Below are positions 46,662-57,496 of a stretch of 64,000 bases of DNA, piece by piece (position 1 is the stretch's first letter; the number at the start of each line of letters is the position of its first letter). The notes beneath the pieces were generated by a model. The model did not search any database. It had not been told where the DNA came from and saw only the letters and a list, made by a program, of their open reading frames with translations. This DNA is from Nitrosopumilus sp. GTDB taxonomy: Archaea; Thermoproteota; Nitrososphaeria; Nitrososphaerales; Nitrosopumilaceae. The DNA lies in assembly GCA_965218695.1 (NCBI GenBank), contig OZ244651.1, positions 1,280,001 to 1,344,000 on the forward strand, written 5' to 3'. The translations under genes and the position numbers were made by a program.

Positions 46662-48572
46662 ATGGGCTTAACTGATTTTACTTGGCTTGTTGGTGGTCCA
46701 CAGGGTAGCGGAGTCGAGTCCGGCGCAAACATATTCACGCGTGTTTGTGCAGAGGAGGGGTATGCCGTGTTTGGCAAGAGGGAGTTCTATTCAAACATCA
46801 AGGGGGAGCACAGCTACTTTGCAGTCAGGGTCTCAGACGAGGAGATTGCATCCAGCATCAACAGCATAACCCTGATGGCCTCGTTTGACGCAGAGACCAT
46901 ATTTCGACATTTTAACGACGTGCTGCCAGGCGGCGGAATTATTTATGATTCGGATCTGGACGGAGTTGACACCAGCAGGGTCATGACCCTTGACGAGTCA
47001 TTCCGGAACCGGCTGCATGCGTTTCTCGAGTCCAAAGGAAAGCCGTTTACCATATCCGGGGCACTGGAGGTCGCAAAAGAGAATGGCGTCTGCCTGTATC
47101 CTGTATCCTTCAAGGGGCTGCTTGCAAGTCTTGCAGAGGAGACAGGCAACCCGAGACTGCGGGGCTTGGTGAGGATGTACAACGTGATTGCCGTCTCGCT
47201 GTCCCTGGGGCTGCTCGGGGTACCGTCCAAGGTACTGCTTGACTCCATTGATGTGATATTTGCAAAAAAGCCTGCAGTTGCCATGCTAAACAGGCAGGCA
47301 GCCACACACTCCTATGACTACATGAGTGAACAGCCGACAGAATTCACCCACAAACTGCGCCCGGTGGAAAAACGGTCCCACACCATACTGGTGCAGGGAT
47401 TCCAAGGCACCGCGCTGGGAAAGATGGCGTGCGGGTGCAGGTTCCAGCCCTACTACCCGATTACCCCCGCCTCTGACGAGTCGTTCTATCTGGAGTCAAA
47501 TGCGATTCTGGATGTGGACGGCCCCCAGGCGGGATCCACCGTGGTGATGCAGACTGAGGACGAGATGTGTGCAATCGGGATGACCATCGGAGGCGCGCTG
47601 ACCGGAGCCCGTTCTGCAACATGCACGTCCGGTCCAGGATTCTCGCTGATGGCCGAATCCATGGGATGGGCAGGAATGAACGAGGTTCCCATCGTCGTTA
47701 CCCACTATCAGAGAAGCGGACCCTCCACCGGGCTTCCAACTAGGCACGGGCAGGATGACCTGCTCTTTGCAGTCAATGCCGGACACGGGGATTTTCCAAA
47801 GATCGTCTACGCGTCTGGTACCATCGAGGAGAGCTTTTACGACACCGGAAGGTGCTTCAACTATGCCGATGTCTTTCAGGTTCCGGTGATTCACATGATG
47901 GACAAGTTCCTTGCAAGCTCGGTAGTCACGTGCAGGAGGTTCGAACCCGCAAGGATATCGATCGACCGCGGCAAGCTGCTGGATCGCGTAGATGGGGACT
48001 ATAAAAGGTTCAGGTTTACCTATGACGGCATATCCCCGCGCTCGTATCTGGGTGCAGACAACGGAATATTCTGGAACACCGGGGACGAGTCCGACGAGCA
48101 TGGCCACATCACCGAGGATCCTGAGGTGCGCATGGCCATGATGGACAAGAGAATGTCCCGCCTTGACCTCATACTCAAAAGCATCCCGGAATCCGAGCAG
48201 GCAGTCTCGTACGGAATCCATGATAATACCGTGATCTCGTGGGGATCGGCCAAGGGACCGATACTTGATGCAATCAGGATGCTCAAAAAAGATGGAATCT
48301 TGGTGGGATTCATCGAGATGAAGCTGCTGCACCCGTTCCCTGCAGCATACATACAGTCATTAATTGGCAACGTCAAAACAATAATCGACGTGGAGGCCAA
48401 CTATTCTGCACAGCTGGGAAAACTATTCAAGATGAACACCGGACGGGATCCCGACTACTACATCCTAAAGTACACCGGCAGATCCATGACATGCACCGAG
48501 ATTTATGACTCGCTTAAGAGAGTCGTCCTGAACAAGGCCGACAAGAAGGAGATCCTGAAGCATGGCGCTTAA
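46662..48572 (+). CDS. 2-oxoacid:ferredoxin oxidoreductase alpha subunit
   Basis: GGPQGSGV, YYPITPAS, TSGPGFSLM, QRSGPSTGLPT. Confidence 0.94.
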   Translation: MGLTDFTWLVGGPQGSGVESGANIFTRVCAEEGYAVFGKREFYSNIKGEHSYFAVRVSDEEIASSINSITLMASFDAETIFRHFNDVLPGGGIIYDSDLDGVDTSRVMTLDESFRNRLHAFLESKGKPFTISGALEVAKENGVCLYPVSFKGLLASLAEETGNPRLRGLVRMYNVIAVSLSLGLLGVPSKVLLDSIDVIFAKKPAVAMLNRQAATHSYDYMSEQPTEFTHKLRPVEKRSHTILVQGFQGTALGKMACGCRFQPYYPITPASDESFYLESNAILDVDGPQAGSTVVMQTEDEMCAIGMTIGGALTGARSATCTSGPGFSLMAESMGWAGMNEVPIVVTHYQRSGPSTGLPTRHGQDDLLFAVNAGHGDFPKIVYASGTIEESFYDTGRCFNYADVFQVPVIHMMDKFLASSVVTCRRFEPARISIDRGKLLDRVDGDYKRFRFTYDGISPRSYLGADNGIFWNTGDESDEHGHITEDPEVRMAMMDKRMSRLDLILKSIPESEQAVSYGIHDNTVISWGSAKGPILDAIRMLKKDGILVGFIEMKLLHPFPAAYIQSLIGNVKTIIDVEANYSAQLGKLFKMNTGRDPDYYILKYTGRSMTCTEIYDSLKRVVLNKADKKEILKHGA

Positions 48573-49524
48573 GATTGCCGACTTTAAGACCGACGTGCAC
48601 AACGACTGGTGTCCCGGATGCGGTGACTTTGGGATAGTAAACGCCATCCAGATGGCCCTGGCAGAGATGGGAATCCGAAGGGACAGAACCGTGATATTCT
48701 CCGGCATAGGGTGTTCCGGCAAGACCTCGCACTTTATCAACACGTATGGCATCCACACGCTGCACGGCAGGGTCCTGACATTTGCCCAGGGCGCAAAGAT
48801 AGCAAACAATGATCTGACCGTTGTTGCGGTGGGCGGCGACGGGGACGGACTGGGAATCGGCGCCGGTCATTTTGTTGCAGCCGGAAGACGCAATGTCGAC
48901 ATGACGTACATCATATTTGACAACGGGGTGTACGGTCTGACAAAGGGACAGGCATCGCCCACCATGCAGCTTGGCGTGCAGACAAAGTCGCTCCCCTCTC
49001 CCAACACCAATTATAATGTAAACCCGATAGGGCTGGCAGTGACAAGCGGCTTTACGTTTGTCGCACGGGGATACTCGTATGACGTCCGGCACCTGAAGGA
49101 TCTGATAATCCAGTCAGTCGAACACAAAGGGCTGTCGTTCCTGGATGTGCTGCAGCCGTGCCCCACGTACAACGACATCAACACAAGGGACTGGTACGCC
49201 GGCGCGGACTTGGTTGACGAGGCACAGAAGAGGCACTCTAGAATCTACAAGTTGGAGGATACTGGCTACAACCCGATGGTCCGTCATGCCACCGAGGGCG
49301 ACCTGAACAACAAGCTGAGCCAGGCGCTGGTCAAGTCCCTGGAATGGGGAGACCGGATACCGATAGGCGTCTTTTACAGGAATGACGGCATTACGCCGTA
49401 CGGCAGACGAATCCAGGGAACCATTCCAAACTACATCGAAAACTCGCCTGCAAAACAGAAGATCTCCAGAGACGGTTTTCCAACCACCGATATCTCCTCA
49501 TTGCTTGACTCCATGGAGATCTGA
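48562..49524 (+). CDS. 2-oxoacid:ferredoxin oxidoreductase beta subunit
   Basis: WCPGCGDFG, SGIGCS, GGDGDG, YGLTKGQASPT. Confidence 0.94.
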   Translation: MALKIADFKTDVHNDWCPGCGDFGIVNAIQMALAEMGIRRDRTVIFSGIGCSGKTSHFINTYGIHTLHGRVLTFAQGAKIANNDLTVVAVGGDGDGLGIGAGHFVAAGRRNVDMTYIIFDNGVYGLTKGQASPTMQLGVQTKSLPSPNTNYNVNPIGLAVTSGFTFVARGYSYDVRHLKDLIIQSVEHKGLSFLDVLQPCPTYNDINTRDWYAGADLVDEAQKRHSRIYKLEDTGYNPMVRHATEGDLNNKLSQALVKSLEWGDRIPIGVFYRNDGITPYGRRIQGTIPNYIENSPAKQKISRDGFPTTDISSLLDSMEI

Positions 49525-49591
49525 GCCGGAGAATTCTTGGCAGGCACCACCGGCCTCTTGCATGGCGTCTGATGACGTCTGGCCTGACTTT

Positions 49592-49611
49592 GTGCGTGCG
49601 TGCGTGCGTGC
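49592..49611. repeat. (GTGC)5 microsatellite
   Basis: Direct reading. Confidence 0.8.
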
Positions 49612-49739
49612 CTTGTGACGGGTTTGGAAGACTTGCCCAGAGCATGGCATCTGGCGAATCCTTGTTTTGCAGACGTGGATCTGCCCTGAATGATGATTGA
49701 CCTAAGAAGTTATAGCCAAGTTTTGTTACATACTAATAT

Positions 49740-50177
49740 TTGAATATAAGCGAGGCGAACCGGATATTTCGTTGGTCCATAATCCGGGGGTTCTTTGAAC
49801 CCGAACTTGTAAATCTGGACTTTAAGAGATCGTCTGCAAGGCACCCGCTGCTGGACGGCGACGGCCTCATGCAGTCAGACCTGCTTCACATATTCTTTGA
49901 TGTGGAGACAGGCTCTGACTACCCTGACGGGGACGAATGGTTCATCGTGGACATGCTGTTTCCATACGACGTAAAGCTGCCCGATGCCATAAAGGGGGTG
50001 GACTACTTCACCACAATCTCCTCTGGCCAGGGCAGCAGCGCATACTGGCACCACCGCGAACTGATTCGCTTCAAGTATGCAAAATCCAAAAAGCTTGGAG
50101 ACGCCCTCGAGTTTCTTGTATCCAAGTACAAGGAGCTCTATAGGCTGCTAGAACCGCTGCAGGATGATCTCAGGTAG
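49740..50177 (+). CDS. Hypothetical protein
   Basis: 145-aa ORF with TATA-like element upstream. Confidence 0.65.
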   Translation: MNISEANRIFRWSIIRGFFEPELVNLDFKRSSARHPLLDGDGLMQSDLLHIFFDVETGSDYPDGDEWFIVDMLFPYDVKLPDAIKGVDYFTTISSGQGSSAYWHHRELIRFKYAKSKKLGDALEFLVSKYKELYRLLEPLQDDLR

Positions 50178-50757
50178 CAGCCTTTACCCACGAGCCGCCC
50201 CTGAAGGAATACCTCCTGTCCCCTGACGAGGCAGCAGCAGCGTCAAGGCGCCACCTTATCGTCTCCTGATCAAACCTGTATATGATCTCTGAGACGTCCG
50301 GGGGCGTCTTGCCCGGGCCAAGATGGTGCGGCAGCAGCTCCAGCACAAAGTCGATCTTCTCCATTGCGTTGTCAAACCACTGCCTGTCGTTGACATCGAC
50401 GGTAAACGTGATTCCAGGATTTCCCAGAAACCTGATGACGATCTTTAACGCGTTGCCGCTGCCCCTTCTCCGCTTCATCTCCTTGAAGACGCCCTTGATC
50501 TTCTCCCAGCGCTTGAATCCGAACCACTGGAAGAACATCTCGCTGAACTGAAGCGGAATGGTCATGTCCAAAAGGCTCACAAAGTTTTCATCGTCAGGCT
50601 CGATCTCGTCTTGGATCACTACGAAATGGGAGTTGAGGAATCCGTACAGCACCTCGATCTCCCACGGCGAGATCCCGTAGTAGCGCAGCGTGGTTCTTAA
50701 CGGCTCAGTCAACGTTATGGTTTGATAAAAATTTGTAATTAAAGTTTCAACCGACAT
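50170..50757 (-). CDS. Hypothetical protein
   Basis: 195-aa ORF (start may be ~50717), protein-like composition. Confidence 0.65.
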   Translation of the reverse strand: MSVETLITNFYQTITLTEPLRTTLRYYGISPWEIEVLYGFLNSHFVVIQDEIEPDDENFVSLLDMTIPLQFSEMFFQWFGFKRWEKIKGVFKEMKRRRGSGNALKIVIRFLGNPGITFTVDVNDRQWFDNAMEKIDFVLELLPHHLGPGKTPPDVSEIIYRFDQETIRWRLDAAAASSGDRRYSFRGGSWVKAAT

Positions 50758-50992
50758 TCATCGTGTGGGTATGATGCCTGCCCCTTGCGCATCCGTAATG
50801 CCGCCTTTGCCGTCACATGCGGGCTGGCCGGGCATGCGTGAATTGCTTAGCAGGGAGCCCGGACAAGACACCGTTAATCGTTATGGGGTCTGGAAGGTAT
50901 AGACTGCAGCGCTGCTGCTGCTGCCGCCATGCCGCCCAAATGACCTTATGCCAAAATTAAGATTATATGGCAAGAGACAGCCATTCCCTAAC

Positions 50993-51322
50993 ATGAAGAA
51001 AGAGTTCGTAGTGCGAAGTATCGACGCGTCGCCTGACGGGGCACCATACGTGATAATCTCGCTGTCCTCGATCAAGGACTTTCAGGAGGGAACGCAGAAC
51101 CCGCCGTCGCCGTTTGGCAGCTCAAAGGTCATGGGATTCACAAACATGAACGACATGATGAAGGATCTCAACAAGATGCTCTCCGGAATGGGCGGCGGAA
51201 TGGGGGCACAGTCAGGAGTCACCCAGTTGAAGCTTGAGATGCACGAGTACAAGGAGATGGGTCTTTCGGTAGGGGACAGGGTGTTTCTGGAGCTGACCAA
51301 GGTCGAGACGCTTGGCATCTAG
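50993..51322 (+). CDS. Hypothetical protein, possibly arcadin-1-like
   Basis: beta-beta-helix-beta layout with PDGAPYVIISL and LKLEMHEYKEMGLSVGDRV. Confidence 0.65.
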   Translation: MKKEFVVRSIDASPDGAPYVIISLSSIKDFQEGTQNPPSPFGSSKVMGFTNMNDMMKDLNKMLSGMGGGMGAQSGVTQLKLEMHEYKEMGLSVGDRVFLELTKVETLGI

Positions 51323-51870
51323 ATGGTGTTAAAGTACTTCCAGCCGTAAAAGGTGCCTATCGTTCCGATTACAAACAGCATGGGCTTCCATGCAAATACG
51401 GGTATGCTGGGCGTTGCAAGCTTGACCTTGTAGTTGTCTATGATTGTGTGTATGTTCTTTCTGATTCTGTTGTGCCATACACTGTACTCGACCTGGTATT
51501 TTTTTAGAATCTCCTCGATCTCGTAGACTACCGGCGTCCTCTGGGAGAACAGGTGCTGGAGATAGTCCCTTGAGACCTCCACCTCTGCCTGGATTCCAAT
51601 TAGTCCCTTCTTCAGGTCGACCATTCTTACGTGCATCTCCCATGGCTTTTTCAGCTTCAGATTCATTCCGCTGCCTATCTGGTCCGGCTGCTTGTGCTCA
51701 AGTTTCACCTTGGTAAATCCCTCCTCCGCAAAGATCTTGGTAATCTCCTCAAAGCTCTTTTTGACCACTATGTGGAGCTGCTCGACACCCTCCTTGCTGT
51801 CTGCATTAATCCTGTGCTTCAATCCGTCAAGGAATGATATTGTCTTGGGGTATCTTGTCATGTACTCCAT
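51319..51870 (-). CDS. Hypothetical protein with C-terminal TM helix
   Basis: 183-aa ORF; PWEMHVR and AEVEVSRDYLQHL motifs; hydrophobic tail. Confidence 0.7.
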   Translation of the reverse strand: MEYMTRYPKTISFLDGLKHRINADSKEGVEQLHIVVKKSFEEITKIFAEEGFTKVKLEHKQPDQIGSGMNLKLKKPWEMHVRMVDLKKGLIGIQAEVEVSRDYLQHLFSQRTPVVYEIEEILKKYQVEYSVWHNRIRKNIHTIIDNYKVKLATPSIPVFAWKPMLFVIGTIGTFYGWKYFNTI

Positions 51871-51997
51871 ACTTTGAAGATTATAATGGGATATTTAAAG
51901 CAAAAACCCTCCGTGGTACATGCCTTCAGATCCTAGATTCGTTTGGGCATGAACAACCCTGCCTGGCCTTGGGGTGTCCGGACATGTACGTGGCCAT

Positions 51998-52028
<31 letters not shown>

Positions 52029-52088
52029 TGTTACATGTGCCGGCGGATTCTTCAAACCAATCCGTCCAGAACGGGACGATCCCCCCCC

Positions 52089-52877
52089 CTAGATGCTGCC
52101 TGCGTGCATGCCTGAGAGCCCTCTGACGTACAGGCACCGGTCAGGCTGCACCGTCGTCTCTGAGGGCGTGATTCTTCTGTCTGTCAGTATCGCCCCCGAA
52201 TCCCTGACTATTGCAAACGGCCTTGACTCTGAGCCCTCGCCCATCTTGTGGTTTGCAATCGTTGCCAGGTTGTCGGCCACTGCCTGGAATGTCACCTTTA
52301 GCGGGTTTCCGTCAAGATCCCTGCTGCCTCTCATGTCCAGCACCGGCTCGATTCCTGCACACGCCACTGCAACCCCGGAGGTTCCGACCCTTGCAGGCAT
52401 CAGCCTGCTGTCTGCCAGAATTATCCCCACGTGTATGCCAAACCCAAGGAAGATCTTTCTGCGAATCTGCTCTGCAGTCAGGTGCGACTCTGCCGGATAG
52501 AGGATTACCTCCCCTCCCCCCGCCCCCGCGTTGGATCTGTCGATTCCGGCGTTTGGCGCCATTATGCTCTCTGATGAAGTGATGACGAATCCTGCAATGC
52601 CCCCAATGATCTCGTCAGACTCCCTGATGATGATCTCGGCAGTCTCCGGCTCCATCCTGAACCTCTCTGAGACCCGTCTTCCCATGTCTGATACCCTGAT
52701 CTTCTGGACATCTACAACTCTTCCCTGAGAGTTTGATACGTATTTTGTAGAGATCACCAGGACATCGCCGTCCTGCAGCCTCGCACCGTTCTCTTCCAGC
52801 GTCCTTGAGAGCATCTCAAAGACGTCAAAGACCCCCCTCATTCTGTCTGCCCGAAGGGGCAGGACGCTTAGGTGCAT
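52089..52877 (-). CDS. cofE: Coenzyme F420-0:L-glutamate ligase
   Basis: DGDVLVISTKYVS, APNAGIDRSN, DLDGNPLKVT..AVADNLA..MGEG. Confidence 0.88.
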   Translation of the reverse strand: MHLSVLPLRADRMRGVFDVFEMLSRTLEENGARLQDGDVLVISTKYVSNSQGRVVDVQKIRVSDMGRRVSERFRMEPETAEIIIRESDEIIGGIAGFVITSSESIMAPNAGIDRSNAGAGGGEVILYPAESHLTAEQIRRKIFLGFGIHVGIILADSRLMPARVGTSGVAVACAGIEPVLDMRGSRDLDGNPLKVTFQAVADNLATIANHKMGEGSESRPFAIVRDSGAILTDRRITPSETTVQPDRCLYVRGLSGMHAGSI

Positions 52878-53046
52878 GATGTATGGGATCTCTTTTTCTT
52901 TTTTACTGTTCTGCCGTTTTGCAGACCGTGTGACATTGTGAGGAGTATGTGCACCGTCCAGGCTCTTTCGGCCGCGTGTGTTGACTGCCCCCTGCAGCCC
53001 CATCATCCTGAAAAGATTTTAATCTGTAGGATGGTGTCTGTCGGTT

Positions 53047-54315
53047 ATGAATATAGTTGAGAAGATTCTTGCACGGGCATCGGGAAGATCCAGCGTATCC
53101 CCTGACGACGTGGTCTTTGCAGACGTCGACCGGGTCATGGTTCATGACGTATCCGGACCAGGCGTGATCAAGGTCTTTGACAAGCTCAGGGCGCAGGGAA
53201 TCAGGACAGACAAGCTGTGGAATCCGGACAGGGTCTGGGTGGCAGAAGATCACTTCGTCCCTTCTGCCGAGAAGATCTCTGCAGAAAACATTGTAAAATT
53301 ATCCCGCTTTACGCAGGAATACGGCATCAAGAAGCACTTCAAGTACGGCATGGGCCAGTACGGAATATGCCATACCCTCTCCCACGAGGAGGCGCTGGTC
53401 ATGCCAGGAGACGTGTATGTCGGGGGAGACTCGCACACCAACACGACCGGCGCCCTAGGCGCGTTTGCGTGCGGGCTGGGACACACCGATGTGGCATACG
53501 TGCTGCTCAACGGAAGGATATGGTTCAAGGTTCCAGAGACGCTCTACTTTAAGATCAACGGCAGGCTGCCTGATCACGTGATGGCAAAGGATCTGATTCT
53601 GAAGATAATCGGACAGATTGGAACAGATGGCGGCGCATACCGGACCATGCAGTTTGGCGGAACCGGGGTTGACGCCATGTCGGTGGAGAGCAGGCTGACC
53701 CTGTGCAATATGACCACCGAGGCCGGGGCAAAGAATGGAATCGTCGAGCCGGATCAAAAGGTGGCAGATTATCTTGCACAGAGGGGAGCCCCGGATGTTC
53801 GTCTGGTGAATGGCGATGATGATGCAGAGTATGCCCGGGTATTTGAGATTGAGGGCGCAGAGGTGGAGCCGGTGGTTGCAAAGCCGTTCTCGCCTGAAAA
53901 CGTCTCGGCAGTCAGGGATGCCCCGTCAGTGGACTTGGACAAGTCATACATAGGCTCGTGCACCGGCGCAAAGTACGAGGATCTGGAGGCCGCAGCGCGC
54001 ATTCTAAAGGGCAGGAAGGTACGGATAAGGACCGAGGTACTTCCTGCGGCAATATCGATATACAGGCGCGCCATGGAGAACGGGCTGTTGAAGATATTTC
54101 TCGATGCAGGCGCGACAGTCGGGCCGCCTACCTGCGGTGCATGTTGCGGCGCCCACATGGGGGTGCTTGCAAAGGACGAGATCTGCATCAGCACCACAAA
54201 CCGAAACTTCCCGGGGCGGATGGGCCACGTGGACTCCCAGACATACCTGTCATCCCCGCTTGTTGCAGCAGCGTCTGCCGTTACCGGAAGAATCACGGAT
54301 CCGAGGGACCTATAA
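53047..54315 (+). CDS. Homoaconitase / 3-isopropylmalate dehydratase large subunit (archaeal type)
   Basis: GICH, DSHT, IGSCT, CGACCG, STTNRNFPGRMG. Confidence 0.92.
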   Translation: MNIVEKILARASGRSSVSPDDVVFADVDRVMVHDVSGPGVIKVFDKLRAQGIRTDKLWNPDRVWVAEDHFVPSAEKISAENIVKLSRFTQEYGIKKHFKYGMGQYGICHTLSHEEALVMPGDVYVGGDSHTNTTGALGAFACGLGHTDVAYVLLNGRIWFKVPETLYFKINGRLPDHVMAKDLILKIIGQIGTDGGAYRTMQFGGTGVDAMSVESRLTLCNMTTEAGAKNGIVEPDQKVADYLAQRGAPDVRLVNGDDDAEYARVFEIEGAEVEPVVAKPFSPENVSAVRDAPSVDLDKSYIGSCTGAKYEDLEAAARILKGRKVRIRTEVLPAAISIYRRAMENGLLKIFLDAGATVGPPTCGACCGAHMGVLAKDEICISTTNRNFPGRMGHVDSQTYLSSPLVAAASAVTGRITDPRDL

Positions 54316-54806
54316 TGATGAGGGGCAGCATAATAAAGTACGCACAAGACAACATCGACACGGACGTAATCATTCCCGGCCAGTACCTCAAGATTCATGA
54401 CTATGCAGAGCTTGCGACACATGCCATGGAGGGGCTGGATCCCGACTTTCACTCCAAGGCCAAGAATGGAAGCCTGATATTGGCAGGGAAGAACTTTGGA
54501 TGCGGCTCGTCTCGGGAGCATGCGCCAATCGCCCTGTCACACTCGGGGATAACGGCCGTCCTTGCACTCTCCTTTGCAAGAATCTTTTATCGAAACGCAG
54601 TGGATGGCGCGTTCCTGCTGCCAATCGAGATCGAACAGGATGCGTATGAGGGCATATCCGAAGGTGACACAGTCGAGATTGACACGGACGCCAACCAGAT
54701 ACGAAACATTACCAAAAACCAGACGTACCCCATGAAGCCATTCTCAAAGATTATCGGCCAGATAATTGCCGCAGGCGGCCTCTTCAAGTACAAGCCGGGT
54801 GATTAG
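54315..54806 (+). CDS. Homoaconitase / IPMI small subunit (archaeal type)
   Basis: DNIDTDVIIPGQYL, NFGCGSSREHA. Confidence 0.92.
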   Translation: MMRGSIIKYAQDNIDTDVIIPGQYLKIHDYAELATHAMEGLDPDFHSKAKNGSLILAGKNFGCGSSREHAPIALSHSGITAVLALSFARIFYRNAVDGAFLLPIEIEQDAYEGISEGDTVEIDTDANQIRNITKNQTYPMKPFSKIIGQIIAAGGLFKYKPGD

Positions 54807-56216
54807 ATGGGAAGAACCCTGTTTGAGAAGATCTGGGATGCCCACGTGGTGGCCAGTCAGGACGGCCGTGATCTGCTGTATGTTGACAGGCACCTGGTAC
54901 ACGAGGTGACGTCGCCGCAGGCCTTTGAGGGGCTGCGGATGAATGGGAGGGGGGTCAGGCGGCCGGATCTTACAATTGCAACCATGGATCACAACGTCCC
55001 CACCACCAGCAACAGGACCCTTCCGATGCTGGACCAGACATCGGCAGTCCAGATTCAGGCGCTGGCAAGAAACTGCCAGGACTTTGGAATCGAACTCTTT
55101 GGCATGGACAGCCCCAACCAGGGCATTGTCCACGTTATCGGCCCCCAGCTTGGAGTCACCCTGCCAAGCTCCACCATCGTCTGTGGAGACAGCCATACCT
55201 CGACGCATGGCGCCTTTGGGGCGCTGGCGTTTGGAATCGGCACAAGTGATGTGGAACACGTCCTGGCAACCCAGACGCTGTGGCTTGAGAAGCCGGATTC
55301 CTTTGAGATCAGGGTGGAGGGGACGCTCAGGAACCCAAGGGCCGTGACTGCAAAGGACATCATACTCTCGATCATTAAGGACATCGGAACCGGCGGCGGC
55401 ACGGGCACGGTAATAGAGTACTGCGGCCCGGGAATCTCGGATCTCTCCATGGAGCAGCGGATGACCGTATGCAACATGTCCATCGAGGCGGGTGCGCGTG
55501 CGGGCCTTGTCGCGCCGGACTCGAAGACATTTGACTATCTCCGGGGACGGCAGTACACGCCGGAGAACTACGAGTCACTTGTGGATTCGTGGAGGGAGGA
55601 TCTCAAAAGTGATGCAGATGCAGCCTTTGAGAGGAGGTTCGTCATGAATATCGATGACATGGCACCCCAAGTCAGCTGGGGCACCAACCCGGAGATGACA
55701 TGCGATGTGACCGACGCCGTTCCGTCTCCAGACGAGTTTGCCTGCGGCGATTCGAGCCGGGAGAACGGTGCCCGGAAGGCCCTTGAGTACATGGATCTCA
55801 AACCCGGAACGCCAATCCAAGACATACGCGTTGACCGCGTCTTTATCGGCTCGTGCACCAACGCAAGGCTTGAGGATCTGGTGGAGGCATCCCGCATAGT
55901 TGAGGGGAACCTCGTATCCCCACACGTGCGGGCCATGGTGGTTCCAGGCTCACAGATGGTCCGAAGGCAGGCAGAGGAGATGGGGCTTGACAGAATCTTT
56001 ACCGGTGCCGGTTTTGAATGGAGGGAGGCCGGGTGCAGCATGTGCCTTGGAATGAATCCTGACATACTGGCCCCTGGCGAGCGGTGCGCAAGCACGTCAA
56101 ACCGGAACTTTGAAGGCAGGCAGGGCGCCGGCGGACGCACGCATCTGGTGAGTCCGGTAATGGCAGCAGCAGCTGCAATCCGGGGGCATCTTACAGATGT
56201 CCGGGAGATGATCTAG
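54807..56216 (+). CDS. leuC: 3-isopropylmalate dehydratase large subunit
   Basis: [43 protein letters not shown]. Confidence 0.95.
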   Translation: MGRTLFEKIWDAHVVASQDGRDLLYVDRHLVHEVTSPQAFEGLRMNGRGVRRPDLTIATMDHNVPTTSNRTLPMLDQTSAVQIQALARNCQDFGIELFGMDSPNQGIVHVIGPQLGVTLPSSTIVCGDSHTSTHGAFGALAFGIGTSDVEHVLATQTLWLEKPDSFEIRVEGTLRNPRAVTAKDIILSIIKDIGTGGGTGTVIEYCGPGISDLSMEQRMTVCNMSIEAGARAGLVAPDSKTFDYLRGRQYTPENYESLVDSWREDLKSDADAAFERRFVMNIDDMAPQVSWGTNPEMTCDVTDAVPSPDEFACGDSSRENGARKALEYMDLKPGTPIQDIRVDRVFIGSCTNARLEDLVEASRIVEGNLVSPHVRAMVVPGSQMVRRQAEEMGLDRIFTGAGFEWREAGCSMCLGMNPDILAPGERCASTSNRNFEGRQGAGGRTHLVSPVMAAAAAIRGHLTDVREMI

Positions 56217-56217
56217 G

Positions 56218-56799
56218 GTGGAGCCTTTCTCCCGGGTGTCGGGCACCATCATGCCCCTTGAGAAGATAAACGTGGATACGGATCAGATCGTCCCAAAACA
56301 GTTTCTAAAACTGATCCAGAGATCCGGCTTTGGAAGGTACCTGTTCTACAACTGGCGGTACGACCATGAAGGAAGGGAGACTGACTTTGTCCTGAACGGC
56401 CCCGAGTACGGCGGCTCCCGGATACTTGTAACCGGAGAAAACTTTGGCTGCGGGTCCAGCCGTGAGCATGCCGTGTGGGCGCTGATGGACTACGGATTAT
56501 CCGTGGTAATTGCGCCGTCCTTTGCAGACATCTTTTTGAGCAACTGCTTCAAGAACGGCCTCCTGCCCGTACAGCTGGACCCTGAGACGGTAAGGCGGCT
56601 TTATTCGGAGACTGGTACGGTGGACGTGGATCTGGAAAGGCAGACCATTACCACCTCGTCTGAGGAGATACCATTCGAGATGGAACCCCACCGGAAGCAG
56701 ATACTGCTGGAGGGCCTCGACGAGATCGCCAGAACGTTCCAGTTTGAAGACGAGATATCCAGGTTTGAGAAGGCCTCTACAGTCCCATCTGTGCTATGA
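56218..56799 (+). CDS. leuD: 3-isopropylmalate dehydratase small subunit
   Basis: NVDTDQIVPKQFL, NFGCGSSREHAVWAL. Confidence 0.95.
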   Translation: MEPFSRVSGTIMPLEKINVDTDQIVPKQFLKLIQRSGFGRYLFYNWRYDHEGRETDFVLNGPEYGGSRILVTGENFGCGSSREHAVWALMDYGLSVVIAPSFADIFLSNCFKNGLLPVQLDPETVRRLYSETGTVDVDLERQTITTSSEEIPFEMEPHRKQILLEGLDEIARTFQFEDEISRFEKASTVPSVL

Positions 56800-57493
56800 T
56801 TCTTTCCACGGCATCCCTGTTTCTGTCGATGACTGTTGGGGATTCCACGTCAATCCATTCCAGGTCTCCTATGTCAAAGGCGCTGATCCTGCCCTCCCCT
56901 GAGAGCGGCTGCAGGATGTCATAGGACAGATTGATCTCCCTCTTTTGGATCCGGCCGATCCTGTCCATGATGTCGCCTCTGAGCATGTATATTCCAAGGC
57001 ACTCGGAGGCAGGCAGCTGCATTACGGGCTTTTCCATGAACCGCTTGATTATTCCATCCTGTACCACTGCAAACCCAGTCTCCTCCCTCCTGCTTGTCCT
57101 GGTGGCAATCACTGCCATGCTCTCCTTCTCCCTGAGTAGATCCCTCATCCCCTCCGGGCTGACGGCGCACAGGTTGTCTGCAAACCACAAAAGGAACTCC
57201 GACTGGCCATCCAGCACGCTTTTTGCATGTAGCAGATCCCCCGCGGTTCCGTTCCCGGAGTCTTGGATGTACGTGATGCCCCCGCGGTCCCCAAAGTAGT
57301 TTCTAATCTGGCCCCCGAGGCCGTTAAAGTCGGACACTATGACGATCTCCTCAACAAGATCAGACGACTCCAGATACCTTACGATATAGTCGATTAGCGG
57401 CCTGTCGTTGATTGGCGTCATGGCCTTTGGAAAGTAGTCTGTATACGGCCTTCCCCTGGAACCCCTGCCGCCTGCCAGAATTACGCTCTTCAC
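56777..57493 (-). CDS. Sugar-phosphate nucleotidyltransferase family protein
   Basis: VILAGGRGSRGRPYT..PK, GTAG, FMEKP. Confidence 0.88.
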   Translation of the reverse strand: MKSVILAGGRGSRGRPYTDYFPKAMTPINDRPLIDYIVRYLESSDLVEEIVIVSDFNGLGGQIRNYFGDRGGITYIQDSGNGTAGDLLHAKSVLDGQSEFLLWFADNLCAVSPEGMRDLLREKESMAVIATRTSRREETGFAVVQDGIIKRFMEKPVMQLPASECLGIYMLRGDIMDRIGRIQKREINLSYDILQPLSGEGRISAFDIGDLEWIDVESPTVIDRNRDAVERIIAQMGL

Positions 57494-57496
57494 GGC

